Of a stretch of 34,984 bases of DNA, positions 25,083 to 34,421 are shown piece by piece; the first letter of the stretch is position 1; each line of letters begins with the position of its first letter. The position numbers were made by a program, and so were the translations under genes. The stretch lies in IMG/VR virus record IMGVR_UViG_3300011334_000232, positions 1 through 34,984 of that record. The stretch is one strand, 5' to 3'. Below the pieces are notes generated by a model. The model was not told where the DNA came from and made no database searches. It worked only from the letters and a program-made list of their open reading frames with translations. The stretch comes from a virus. Lineage: Duplodnaviria > Caudoviricetes.

Positions 25083-26734
25083 GGCCGCGTCATGATCCTT
25101 CCGTCGGTGGTTTTCCAACGCTTAACGTTAGGGTTGGCCCGCACCTGCTCCGGCGTCAAAGTAGGAATTACTGGTGTTTTGCCACCGCCGGTTGCTGCTG
25201 CGGCTTTTGGCTTTACGGGCGTCATGCCTGCGCCGCGCACCAATATGGGCAGCACCACATTCCGCCATTTCGTTGCGCGTTCGTTAGCAGGTATGTCTGC
25301 GTTGGCGATGTCGCCCATCGTGCTGGCGACAAGTCGAACGTCAGCGTCTGAAATTTGCGCGCCTAATTTGCCGCGCAGCTTTTCAAACGTCATGTTGTCT
25401 TTCAGCGACGCCAGTTGGCCCAAGGCCACACGCCCCGGCGTAGCTTTACCTGTGACAAATCCTACGGCTTCGGAACCCAGTTTTTCTAAGCCGCCGCTGG
25501 TGGACGCCTTAATCAACGGAGTGATAGAGTCCGTACCGGTTTTTGGGTTGTACTCAAACAGGTCTAGCGTTTTCTTAAACCCTTTTTCCGTTTCAGTTTG
25601 CTGAAAAGTTTTCGGTGCTGCTGCGGCTGCGCCAGCAGTGCCACGGCCTTGCGTCTGTCCTGTTTCAAATTCGCGCATAGCTTTAGCCACCACCGGAATT
25701 TGATTGGCGGCGATGGGTGCGTTCATATCGATACCGGTTTGGCGGGCGACGTAGGCCTTGTAGTTGTTGACCGACGCTGCGCTGTTTTCCGGTCCTTGCG
25801 GCGCGTAGCGGTTAATGATCTTGTTAATCGTGTTGAAGCCCTTGCCGACATAGCTGCTACGCAGCAAGTTTTCTTGTGCGGCAACGCCCGCTTGCGGCGT
25901 AGTGAACGTAGCGAACCCACCGCTTGCGCCAGCGTAGCCGGGCTGCGAACGGGCGAATGCGCTGTCTTTAATCGCGCCGGGATTGGTTTGCAGCGCAGCA
26001 GCAACGGAACCCTTTGCAGGTTCGCCGCGAGGGCCACCGACGACAGGCGGTTTATAGCCGCCCGGCGCCCCGGCAGACACGGCAAAACCTTGGCCACTGT
26101 TGGGGTCAACGATTACAGGCCCTACGCCTTCGACGTTAACCACTGTCGGTTTGATATTAACAGCAGCTTCAGAACCTTCAACAACTTCAGCCCCGCCGCG
26201 GCCATATTTAGGTGTCCGGATTACGCGAGTAGATGTACCAAGGTTCTGCGTTGTGAACTCTTGTTCGTAGCGTTTGTCGGCCTCAAGCGTGCCAAGGAAC
26301 GTCTTTTCTTTCCAAGCCTCAAATTCCGCAGGCTCAGTTGGCATAGACGCTATGGCGTCCGACAGCGTGCCTTGAAACAGCGGGTTCTTAAACTGCGGAA
26401 GACTAGCGATGCGCGTCGCCAACGCAGCCACCTGATCGGGCGAGTCCGAGTTAGATAGCGCCGTGCGAACAAACTCGTTAAAGTCCATAGCCGTTTTAAT
26501 ATCAGCGCCAGCGGCTTTAGCTTCTGCTTCCGCCAACTGCGGCTTTTCCATACGCACTGCACGCGCTTCTTGCGCTGCGTTGATGTCCATTGTCTGCTGC
26601 GCCTGCTCTGCTTGACGCTGCGCTGCACGCTGCTGCGACATCATATTCATCAATTGCGCGTTTTGCGAGATCGCAGCGCCAAGCCCCGGTGTTTGTGGAG
26701 GGCGCACCTGCAAAGCTATCATTTGGTTTGCCAT
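25079..26734 (-). CDS. DNA ejection protein with lysozyme-like insert
   Basis: Q/A-rich helical; internal 'NPGAI...FATF.TP.AG..A...LL..Y...G..TI..II.RYAP...N.....Y...V' domain. Confidence 0.7.
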   Translation of the reverse strand: MANQMIALQVRPPQTPGLGAAISQNAQLMNMMSQQRAAQRQAEQAQQTMDINAAQEARAVRMEKPQLAEAEAKAAGADIKTAMDFNEFVRTALSNSDSPDQVAALATRIASLPQFKNPLFQGTLSDAIASMPTEPAEFEAWKEKTFLGTLEADKRYEQEFTTQNLGTSTRVIRTPKYGRGGAEVVEGSEAAVNIKPTVVNVEGVGPVIVDPNSGQGFAVSAGAPGGYKPPVVGGPRGEPAKGSVAAALQTNPGAIKDSAFARSQPGYAGASGGFATFTTPQAGVAAQENLLRSSYVGKGFNTINKIINRYAPQGPENSAASVNNYKAYVARQTGIDMNAPIAANQIPVVAKAMREFETGQTQGRGTAGAAAAAPKTFQQTETEKGFKKTLDLFEYNPKTGTDSITPLIKASTSGGLEKLGSEAVGFVTGKATPGRVALGQLASLKDNMTFEKLRGKLGAQISDADVRLVASTMGDIANADIPANERATKWRNVVLPILVRGAGMTPVKPKAAAATGGGKTPVIPTLTPEQVRANPNVKRWKTTDGRIMTRP

Positions 26735-26737
26735 GAC

Positions 26738-27532
26738 TTATCCTCCTGTCCGGGGCATACCCGGCAAATAGTTCGGTGTGCTGGTGCCAAAGCCGCCTGT
26801 TGCGCCGCCGCCGCCAAAGCCGCCCGGCGCGCCGGACTTTAGATATTCCATTTGCGCCTGATACATCGGTGCCTGCACCATGTAGTTGGCGGCGCCGCCT
26901 AATGCTTGGTTGAGTGCGTTAGCTTGACCGACATAGCCAGACGCACGGGCTTGGCCAGCGGCCAACTCTGATCCGGCTAGACCTTGACCAAGCTGTCCAG
27001 CGGCGCCCGTCAGCACATTAGCTGATGACTGACCTGAACCCATCATTGATTGCAGCGGGTTCAGCTTGGCTGCGCGCTCGACCTGATAACGGTTAAATGC
27101 GTTCTGGTATTCTTGGCTGGCCAAGTCCTGACCGAAACGCTGAATGCCCTTCATGGTGCTGCCCGACATAAGATTGCCGCGCGCTGCTGCCGACCGCTCA
27201 AGAGCCTTCATGCCTTCCGATTGACGAAATGCGTAGCCGGGGTCTTGCTGGAATTGTTGCGCGCCAAATGGCTGCGCCAAGCTACCGTAGCCAGCGGCGG
27301 TCTTGTCACCGCCGATACCCAGAAGCTGCATAATTTCATTCTGCGCGGTAAGCCCGCCCTGACGAAACGGCTCTTGTAGAGCCGCCTGCTTATCGAATGC
27401 GGACTGCTGCTGTTGCGCCGCCGCCTGAGCAGCTTGCGTTTGCGCCTTAGCTGCTTTGCTGGATGCACGCGCGGATAGCGCCCCGCCGATAACGGCGGAA
27501 CCTAAAACGGCTGCTGCGGTGGAGATTGCCAT
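26738..27532 (-). CDS. DNA transfer/pilot protein (P22 gp7-like)
   Basis: G/A/Q-rich; hydrophobic N-terminus; 'DPGY.FR..EG..ALERSAAARG...SG.T'. Confidence 0.8.
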   Translation of the reverse strand: MAISTAAAVLGSAVIGGALSARASSKAAKAQTQAAQAAAQQQQSAFDKQAALQEPFRQGGLTAQNEIMQLLGIGGDKTAAGYGSLAQPFGAQQFQQDPGYAFRQSEGMKALERSAAARGNLMSGSTMKGIQRFGQDLASQEYQNAFNRYQVERAAKLNPLQSMMGSGQSSANVLTGAAGQLGQGLAGSELAAGQARASGYVGQANALNQALGGAANYMVQAPMYQAQMEYLKSGAPGGFGGGGATGGFGTSTPNYLPGMPRTGG

Positions 27533-27996
27533 CAGTTTAATCCCTTTACAAATACACGTTCTGTGGGCGCGTATCCTAAGCGTCCGTACATTTTTGCCAT
27601 AGTCGTGACGCGGTCGTTGTCCAACGCGATCATAAACATAGCTTCAGCTTGTTTACTCTTACCCCATTTTTCTATCTCTTGAAACAGCAATTTTGATGCT
27701 GCTCCGCCCCTCGCGTCTGGCTTGATATACCACCACAACTCCTGCGCCACCAGCTTTGATGGGTTGAAGTACATCGGGTACGCAATCGCCGCGGTAATGC
27801 CGACTATTTTGTCGTTATCTTCAGCCACCAAGACAACTATGTTTTCGTTGTCCAGCGCGGCTTCGACGAACGCCGCGGTGCTGTCACGGTCAAATGGAAT
27901 TATATGGTTGACAGGCGTCGTCGCCACAAATGCTTCCGCCAAGTCCATGTAACTTGGTATGTCTTCGACGGTAGCAATGCGGACTGTTACTGGCAT
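27532..27996 (-). CDS. GNAT-fold acetyltransferase-like protein
   Basis: 'VRIATVEDI', 'WWYIKPDARG', 'MYGRLGY'. Confidence 0.8.
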   Translation of the reverse strand: MPVTVRIATVEDIPSYMDLAEAFVATTPVNHIIPFDRDSTAAFVEAALDNENIVVLVAEDNDKIVGITAAIAYPMYFNPSKLVAQELWWYIKPDARGGAASKLLFQEIEKWGKSKQAEAMFMIALDNDRVTTMAKMYGRLGYAPTERVFVKGLN

Positions 27997-28331
27997 TAGC
28001 TAACCAGACGGCCTGACGCGCGGATGTTGATCGCCGACGCCGTACCAGCGATGGTGCTGATAAAGGCATTGTTAGGCAGCACTTGGCCGACCAGTTCAGG
28101 AAAGGTATACGTCTCAGACGGCTGGAGCGTTTTAGACTTGACAATCAAGTTGTCGTTGCCGGCGCTGCCCGCAGCCGTGACAAGGTTGACGCTAATTGTC
28201 GCAGCCGAGACGCTGTAGTTCGTCGCGGTAAATTTGTCGATGATCGTTTGTACGCCGTTCGACGTGTACTGCGTCGTCTGGCTATTTTCCGCCGTCTTGG
28301 CGGGAATGATGTTACTAATTGATACGGCCAT
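27996..28331 (-). CDS. Virion structural protein (beta-rich)
   Basis: 111 aa T/S/N-rich, within the tail gene cluster. Confidence 0.7.
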   Translation of the reverse strand: MAVSISNIIPAKTAENSQTTQYTSNGVQTIIDKFTATNYSVSAATISVNLVTAAGSAGNDNLIVKSKTLQPSETYTFPELVGQVLPNNAFISTIAGTASAINIRASGRLVS

Positions 28332-28332
28332 A

Positions 28333-29181
28333 TTAAGTCTCCAAAGTGCTTATGTTATCGGTCACGGTCATGATGATTGACGGTATTGCTGGATGCACCG
28401 CCGATGCCGCTTCTGCCAGCAGAATAACCGAAGTGTCGTCAACTTCCCACATCATTTCGATATAGTCGCCGTCGTTTAACTGAATGATGTAGTTCCACGC
28501 TGCAAGAGCTTCCGCGTTGTTGCCCTGAATACGGATTTGCCCCGTGCTTTCCGGCACGTTCACGCCATTTTTACGCAGCCAAACCCATACCAACCCCACG
28601 CCGCCGCTGGTTTTATCTATCTGCGCGGAAAACTGAATGTTGTATATGTTCTGTCGATCAACGTAAATACGCGATGTAGGTGTGCCGCGGGTAACGCCGT
28701 AGGACAAATCAACAGTGTCAAACGTTATGGGGTAGGCGGTGTTAATAGCCGCTGCCGTCTGCGTTAGTGTACTAAAAAACGATCCGTAGCGCGGAGTGCG
28801 AAACTGCCTAGGCGGCGGCGAGAGCGCCAGCGCCTGAAGCTGTGTCTGGATGTTAGCTATGTCGCTTTCAGACGCTGCGGGCGGAGTAGCCCCTACTGCC
28901 TGCGCCAGAGCGTCTACTTTAGCTTCTACGTCCGCCGCAGCCGAAATAGCGTCAGGCGCCGTCGCTGTCGCCTGCGCCAGCGTCTCCAGCATGGCATCAT
29001 ACGACGCCAGCAGCGACGAGGTGTCAGGCGCCAGCGTAACTTCATCTTGGTTGGATTGCGTCGCGGTCAACAACGACAAGAAGAACCGATACCATTCACG
29101 GCTGATAGCGCCCGACCGATCATCGATCAGCGCGACGCGCGGCGGCGTTAGCTGCGTAGGGTTGATCGGATTGTACGCCAT
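28333..29181 (-). CDS. Tail needle/fibre-like protein (coiled coil + C1q-like head)
   Basis: 'ISREWYRFF' N-terminus, helical middle, jelly-roll-like C-terminus ('YNIQFSAQ', 'WLRKNG', 'L..GDYIE'). Confidence 0.6.
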   Translation of the reverse strand: MAYNPINPTQLTPPRVALIDDRSGAISREWYRFFLSLLTATQSNQDEVTLAPDTSSLLASYDAMLETLAQATATAPDAISAAADVEAKVDALAQAVGATPPAASESDIANIQTQLQALALSPPPRQFRTPRYGSFFSTLTQTAAAINTAYPITFDTVDLSYGVTRGTPTSRIYVDRQNIYNIQFSAQIDKTSGGVGLVWVWLRKNGVNVPESTGQIRIQGNNAEALAAWNYIIQLNDGDYIEMMWEVDDTSVILLAEAASAVHPAIPSIIMTVTDNISTLET

Positions 29182-30611
29182 TAGGCCCGCGTTCCTGATA
29201 GCAGCAGTTCAGCACCCATGATGTAGATGCGTACAGGATCAGTACCTGACACTTCGTAAACGCGGTCACGTATCTTGAGCGTCGCACCGAGACGGCGCCA
29301 GATGGTGCGGTAGCCAGACCGGCCAATGCGCCCCATCGACTTCCAGTGTTCGTTCGACCATGTGTGGCCGCCGTCGTCCGACCAGCGCAGCATGACCTGC
29401 GGATTGTCGCCTTGACCGCTGTTCAGGCCAACACCTGTCTCGCAGTCAAGCTGCATGGAGTGCTGGATGGTACGCGCGAGATTGTTAGCGCCGGTCGGCA
29501 GCGCGCGCCACGACCGCAGCCATTTCTGCGGGTCGCCGTCGTCGGAATATGCCTCAAGGTCAAACTTATATATCTTGCCGTTCTGGTAATCGCCGATGAC
29601 AGTCGTCGCGTTGAAGAACATCTGGCTGCTGCCGCGGTGGCGGTTAAAATCACCGTTGGAAAACGACGCGCGCTCATGCCATGCGCCGGTGGCGACGTCG
29701 TACACCCAAGTCGTGTTGGCCGACGGGAAGTTCAGCACGTAGAAGCTGTGGCCGTCCTGTTGGTATGTGTAGCCGGTCGCGTCCGAGATGTCGGCGTACT
29801 CTTGCATCTGCCATTCGATAGCGTGCGTAGATACGCGCTGGCCGATGTAGCCAGCAGCGCGGTAAACGATACCCTGACCGCGGGCGTCCTTGCCCAGCCA
29901 GTAGACTTGGTTGTCCATCTTGGCGACGCTGTACGGGGCAGCGCAGCCCAGTTCGTTGAACGCGCCTTGAATACGTGTCAGCGGGAAGTCGAGCAGCCCT
30001 GCGTCGTACCAGACTTCGGTTGAGTTGCTGCCGAATACCCAGACTTCGCGGTGGTCCACAAAGACTGCAATCACATTGTCAGGGTTGCCTTCGGCGCTGG
30101 CAAACTCCAGCGGATCGACAGCCGTGCCGTCAAGCAGCGACGTCACCCAAATCTTTTGCGTGTTAGGTTCGTTGAATACGAAATAGCCGTCGATGTACCC
30201 GACTGTGCCTGCGCCGGGGAAGTCAGGATCGGTAATCTGCTGGAACACATCCGTGCTGGAGTTGTAGATGTAGCCCTGCGGATTGGCGGCGACGAATAGC
30301 TGCGTGCCGTTGTCAGCCATGCTGACAGGGCCGGTGCCGCCTACGGTGCCTTTGGCAACCGCGTTCCAGTTGCTGTCGATCTGATACAGCGTAGGGCCAG
30401 ACACGGCATAGCCGTAATCGCCGAACTGCCACAGCCCGCGGATAGGTCCGATGCCAACGGTGGCCAGACGGGTTAGCCCCGGCGCACGTTGGAGGAAGGC
30501 AGGCTCTTTGCCGCCCTCCGGTACGACTTCCGGAAAGAGGTTGACCATGCGGCTGTCGGCGGCGTTGACGCTTCTTGCGACATACGCCGACCCAAGGATC
30601 GGCGTCTTCAT
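29181..30611 (-). CDS. P22 gp10-like DNA stabilisation/tail hub protein
   Basis: 'V.MADNG.QL', 'AEG.PD', 'TWVYD..T..WH', 'LRWSDDGG.TW', 'WRRLG...DRV'. Confidence 0.88.
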   Translation of the reverse strand: MKTPILGSAYVARSVNAADSRMVNLFPEVVPEGGKEPAFLQRAPGLTRLATVGIGPIRGLWQFGDYGYAVSGPTLYQIDSNWNAVAKGTVGGTGPVSMADNGTQLFVAANPQGYIYNSSTDVFQQITDPDFPGAGTVGYIDGYFVFNEPNTQKIWVTSLLDGTAVDPLEFASAEGNPDNVIAVFVDHREVWVFGSNSTEVWYDAGLLDFPLTRIQGAFNELGCAAPYSVAKMDNQVYWLGKDARGQGIVYRAAGYIGQRVSTHAIEWQMQEYADISDATGYTYQQDGHSFYVLNFPSANTTWVYDVATGAWHERASFSNGDFNRHRGSSQMFFNATTVIGDYQNGKIYKFDLEAYSDDGDPQKWLRSWRALPTGANNLARTIQHSMQLDCETGVGLNSGQGDNPQVMLRWSDDGGHTWSNEHWKSMGRIGRSGYRTIWRRLGATLKIRDRVYEVSGTDPVRIYIMGAELLLSGTRA

Positions 30612-31321
30612 CAGTAGTTGCCCGCGAAGATGTTAAACCGCTGACGCGTCGCCACAAGGCTGTACGGCATCGACATGATGTCGTCAGGGTTGTTGATGCG
30701 CTTCAGGTTGCGCTTCGACGTCATGGCCAGACGCGAGACTTGCGGCGAAGGCTCAACGCCAAACTCAGGCGCCATCTCACAGGCCAAGTTGTAGCGGAAC
30801 GCACGCAGATAGCCGGGCGGGAAATACAGCACGGTCGCCAGCGACGCGGGCTTGGACAGTTCTTCAACCGAAATGAAGTGCCATTCCAGATCGCGCGTAG
30901 GACGCGGATAGATGTACATTTCGATGTCGGGGAACGTCATGTTGACGAAGATAACCTGCGGGAACGTAGACGTCACGGTCTTGACCGCTATGCCGTTGTA
31001 CTGCTGCTGGTTGATGAATTTGATGCCGTAGCTGATGCCGGTGCCGGGATCGCGGAAGTACGTTGAGTCCTCAAGCAGCACAGGGCGGTTGCCGACGAAG
31101 TCGCCGGTGGGGCCAAGCGTGCGAGAAAGTATGCCTGACGGCCAAATGAACACTTGGTCCTGCGTCGAGAAGACCGACAGGCGCTCAGTGTTCCAGCTAT
31201 CAATCATCTGGTTCATGGCGCGCAGTGCGTCTTGCGACGTCTCAGCCGATGGAACTTCGCCTTCTGCCAGAACGCCTAGAAGCCTAAGCGAACCGTTAAT
31301 TATGTCCCCAGCCGTTTCCAT
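30611..31321 (-). CDS. P22 gp4-like head-tail adaptor
   Basis: 'TAGDII..SLRLLGV..GE.P......AL..MN.M.D.W', 'PPGY..A..YNLA...APEFG'. Confidence 0.8.
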   Translation of the reverse strand: METAGDIINGSLRLLGVLAEGEVPSAETSQDALRAMNQMIDSWNTERLSVFSTQDQVFIWPSGILSRTLGPTGDFVGNRPVLLEDSTYFRDPGTGISYGIKFINQQQYNGIAVKTVTSTFPQVIFVNMTFPDIEMYIYPRPTRDLEWHFISVEELSKPASLATVLYFPPGYLRAFRYNLACEMAPEFGVEPSPQVSRLAMTSKRNLKRINNPDDIMSMPYSLVATRQRFNIFAGNY

Positions 31322-31324
31322 TGG

Positions 31325-31501
31325 TTAGTCTTCCTGCGTTGCGCGGCGACGCGAACGCGCCGGCATTTCGTTAACGGGCGCCTCTACAGTGGCGTTAGGG
31401 TCAAAGCGTTCCCAACCAAACTCTTCGTCGCAGCGCGCTTCTTCTTCTGAGATAGCAACTTTTGCGCCGTGGACGTCGTGAACAAGGTAGATAACAGCCA
31501 T
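31325..31501 (-). CDS. Hypothetical protein, 58 aa (not in ORF track)
   Basis: GGAG RBS; MAVIYLVHDVHGAKVAISEEEARCDEEFGWERFDPNATVEAPVNEMPARSRRRATQED*. Confidence 0.75.
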   Translation of the reverse strand: MAVIYLVHDVHGAKVAISEEEARCDEEFGWERFDPNATVEAPVNEMPARSRRRATQED

Positions 31502-31544
31502 AAAAACTCCGTAAAATGGACGGCTCGAAAGCCGCCCAGATTAA

Positions 31545-31829
31545 TTAACTAATTGCCATGAACTGCCACTTAGTGCCGTCTGCATAGAACAGCTTGCCAC
31601 GGCCAGTAGCGTTGGTTGTGATACCAAGCGAACCGACAGGTGCCGAAGTGGTGGTTGAGTTGGCTGTGATAGCCGTGCTGAGAATGTAGACGCCTGCACT
31701 TGCGTTGCTGGCTACAGCGCCGCTTGACGCAGTCGAAACAACCGAACCGGCGCTCATTGTGCCAGTGACGGAAACGCTTTCAAACTCAGGATCGGCGTAG
31801 GCAACGCCTACTGCTTTTGTATTAGGCAT
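31545..31829 (-). CDS. Putative capsid accessory protein
   Basis: 94 aa S/T/A-rich, AGGAG RBS, downstream of the coat gene. Confidence 0.65.
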   Translation of the reverse strand: MPNTKAVGVAYADPEFESVSVTGTMSAGSVVSTASSGAVASNASAGVYILSTAITANSTTTSAPVGSLGITTNATGRGKLFYADGTKWQFMAIS

Positions 31830-31842
31830 GATTGTTCTCCTG

Positions 31843-31872
31843 AAAAAAAATGCCCCGGCCTAAGCCGGGGCA
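31843..31872 (-). terminator. Intrinsic terminator
   Basis: TGCCCCGGC-TTAG-GCCGGGGCA followed by a T8 run on the - strand. Confidence 0.85.
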
Positions 31873-31878
31873 AGCCTA

Positions 31879-32274
31879 TTAGCCAGCGATACGGTACAAA
31901 GAGTAAGCCGCAGTGCCAGTTTTAACAGCGCGGAACGCTACAGCCTTGCTTGCTACGCCTGCGCCGGAGCCGACCAACGTCCAGCCTGTGCCGACTGTCA
32001 GTGTAGCTACGCCTGTGCTGGTGCACAGAAGCGAGATGTCAAAGGACGAACCGACCTTTGCGCTGGTCAATTCAGCGTCAACGCTTGCAGCAGTTGGCAA
32101 AGCCAAGTCAGCAGTGCTGCTTGACGTGTAAACAACGATTGCTTGCTCAAGGTTCAGAACAGTCAAAGTTGCACCCGCTGTGTAAGCGGTAGGAATAGCC
32201 TGAACGCCAAGCGTTGCTTCGTTCAGATTGCCATCACCAAGCTGGTATCCACCAGCACCATTAGGAAGAGCCAT
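31879..32274 (-). CDS. Putative capsid decoration protein
   Basis: 131 aa small-residue beta protein directly after the coat gene. Confidence 0.65.
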   Translation of the reverse strand: MALPNGAGGYQLGDGNLNEATLGVQAIPTAYTAGATLTVLNLEQAIVVYTSSSTADLALPTAASVDAELTSAKVGSSFDISLLCTSTGVATLTVGTGWTLVGSGAGVASKAVAFRAVKTGTAAYSLYRIAG

Positions 32275-32298
32275 AATAAAAATCCTTTAAGAAAGTTT

Positions 32299-32321
32299 GG
32301 CCCCCGGCGAACCGGAGGCCA
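32299..32321 (-). terminator. Stem-loop after the coat gene (weak terminator or stabiliser)
   Basis: GGCCTCCGG-TTCG-CCGGGGGCC (UUCG loop) followed by AAACTTTCTT. Confidence 0.55.
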
Positions 32322-32329
32322 TGATTAGG

Positions 32330-33529
32330 TTAACCCCACATCCGAACAGCCATTTGCGGGCGGATCGTGCTGTAGCCGTACAGGACGTCAATACGGCAAG
32401 GCATACGGTCGTTGTTGATGTCGTACTGACGAACAACGCGAAGCGAGATGCCGTTGTGTACCTGACGCGAAGCCATATCTACGCCCTGTGGGAGCAGAAG
32501 GTCGGCGGTTGCGAAGGTGATAGCGTCCTTGTGGTAGATGAGGTTCTGCGCGTACTGCGACGATGCTGCGCCGACGAACACAACAGCCTTGTTGTTGGCT
32601 GGGAGTGCGTTGACGGTAGCAAGCGCGTGTGCTGCCGAGTAGATCGGAGCAACAGTGACAGTTGCAGTTGTTGTAGCAGTCGTGGACGCAAGCGCGACGA
32701 ACTGGAACAACGAACCTGTGCTTTCACGGGTCTGTGGGTTGACAGCGTATACGTCAGCAATCGTGAAGACGTCGCCCGGTACGATTGTTTCGCCCGAACC
32801 AACAGTCAACGTCAGCGTGGTAGCGCCTTCCGAAGTTACAGCAGCGCCGGTTACGGTGCCGGTAGCGGCACGGGTTCCGGTGGTGAACTGCTTGATCGAC
32901 TGCGACATATTGATTTCGTCGAAACCAAGTACGCCTGTGCCCATCATGCCGTTCTTGAACTGCTTGCTGATGGTGTCGGTTGGGTTGAACAAGCCCTTCA
33001 TGCCTTCGACCAAACCAGCGTTTGCGGCTGGGTTGACGGTGGCATAACGTGGCGACATTACAGCAGCGTTTTCGTTCAGCTTCTGCTGTGCAGCAAGAAG
33101 AACAGCCGAAGTAGCTGGCGTAGTGCCGGGCGTGCCGACCGAGTTACCGATGGTGAGGAACGAGTTTGCAACGTCAGCGTCGATGCTGGAAGCAAGCTGC
33201 GAGATACGTGGCTTGAGAACGCGCTCTGCGAAGTCATCCAACTGCATGGTCAATTCAGCAGTCGTGAAGTTTACGCCGATGTGCTTCTGGTTGGCAACGG
33301 TCAGCGTTGTGAACTGTTCGTTGTCGTCCTGTACCTGAAGGGCTGCACCGTCGGTGACAAGCGCACGGTCTGGAAGACGGATACGCAGAGTTGAGCCGAT
33401 CTTGGCGCCTTCAACAGCAAAGCTGTCGTCGTACTGGCGGTTTACGTTACGTGTAAGTACGAGGTTGTTCTCGAGGATTTCGAGAGCCTTCCGCGTAATC
33501 ATATCGATTGTTAAAATGCTATTGGACAT
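32330..33529 (-). CDS. P22-like major capsid protein
   Basis: 'ITRKALEILENNLV', 'KIGSTLRIRLP', 'GDVFTIA.V..VNP', 'NL.YHKDA', 'CRIDVLYG....RP'. Confidence 0.93.
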   Translation of the reverse strand: MSNSILTIDMITRKALEILENNLVLTRNVNRQYDDSFAVEGAKIGSTLRIRLPDRALVTDGAALQVQDDNEQFTTLTVANQKHIGVNFTTAELTMQLDDFAERVLKPRISQLASSIDADVANSFLTIGNSVGTPGTTPATSAVLLAAQQKLNENAAVMSPRYATVNPAANAGLVEGMKGLFNPTDTISKQFKNGMMGTGVLGFDEINMSQSIKQFTTGTRAATGTVTGAAVTSEGATTLTLTVGSGETIVPGDVFTIADVYAVNPQTRESTGSLFQFVALASTTATTTATVTVAPIYSAAHALATVNALPANNKAVVFVGAASSQYAQNLIYHKDAITFATADLLLPQGVDMASRQVHNGISLRVVRQYDINNDRMPCRIDVLYGYSTIRPQMAVRMWG

Positions 33530-33543
33530 GGGGTATTCCCTAT

Positions 33544-34335
33544 TTAACGGTTACGTTGTGCCTCGAACTTCTTGATCTGCCGTAGCCGTTCTGCTTCGAT
33601 CCATTCCGACGTACTCATCGACTTAGTCGAGCGAGGGTCGGTCGTATCGTACTGGCTGGTGCCAGTAGAACGTGCAGTGACAGGAGCAATCGGTGCCGGG
33701 GCGGTTGAAGTTTTCTTAACCGGCGGATTAGAAGCCAATCCGGCCTCAATTTTTCCGATTTCCTTTGCTTGCAAGATTGGGTTCAAGCGAGAAATGCGAT
33801 CAGCTTCTTTGGGGTTGGTACCTAACCAGTAAAGCAGGTCAGGGCCAACGTCCGAAGACTGTATGCTTTGTGCCATGTATTCCGTGACAGGCAGGTTAGG
33901 ATTGTAGGCGACTTGGTCGAAGTCGTCATATCTATCCCGCGCCGTTTCTTCACGGTCATGATACTGCTCAAGCAATGCCTGCTGTTCTTTGGCGGTCGCC
34001 CGCCGCGCCAGCAACTCTTCCGCTTTATGCTCTGCCAAGGCATCGGCATAATCTTCGTAAGTGTCAAACTGCTCAGGGACCAAATCGGCTGGCGCTTGCG
34101 CCGGTTGCCGAGACTGGGCTTCAGCTAGTTTCTGTGCTTGCTCTCGTTCCCACTTGCGTTGTTCTCTCGCAAGTCGCTTGCCTACAATCGCGTCTAGTTC
34201 TTCTTGTGAGAAGGTCTTAGATGCTTCCTGTTCAGCAGGCGTTTCCGGCGTCGTGTTTTCTACAGGCTCGATTGCTGCCGTGGCTTCGAGTTCTGGCGCG
34301 GAGGCATCCGCTTCAATAGGAACATTATCGTCCAT
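33544..34335 (-). CDS. Capsid scaffolding protein
   Basis: Acidic coiled-coil; 'F..YEDY..ALA', 'GP.L.Y.LG.NP.EA.RI', 'S.APAPI.PV', C-terminal 'MS..EW'; directly before the coat gene. Confidence 0.88.
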   Translation of the reverse strand: MDDNVPIEADASAPELEATAAIEPVENTTPETPAEQEASKTFSQEELDAIVGKRLAREQRKWEREQAQKLAEAQSRQPAQAPADLVPEQFDTYEDYADALAEHKAEELLARRATAKEQQALLEQYHDREETARDRYDDFDQVAYNPNLPVTEYMAQSIQSSDVGPDLLYWLGTNPKEADRISRLNPILQAKEIGKIEAGLASNPPVKKTSTAPAPIAPVTARSTGTSQYDTTDPRSTKSMSTSEWIEAERLRQIKKFEAQRNR

Positions 34336-34383
34336 GTTTAACCCTTAAAGAGTTCCTGATGAGCCGCATCAGTACGGTTGTAG

Positions 34384-34415
34384 GCCAGACTACATCATTT
34401 GATGCAGTCTGGCAA
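34384..34415 (-). promoter_or_regulatory. Late promoter for the scaffold/coat operon embedded in a 30-bp palindrome
   Basis: TTGCCA(34415-10)-17-TAGTCT(34392-87); inverted repeat 34384-34397 / 34400-34413 (13/14). Confidence 0.6.
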
Positions 34416-34421
34416 TATCGG

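Noticed and set aside
32297-33394. 365-aa antisense ORF over the coat gene (and similar long antisense ORFs over portal, gp10 and ejection genes)
   Set aside because: Shadow frames expected from biased codon usage; no RBS or recognisable motifs.
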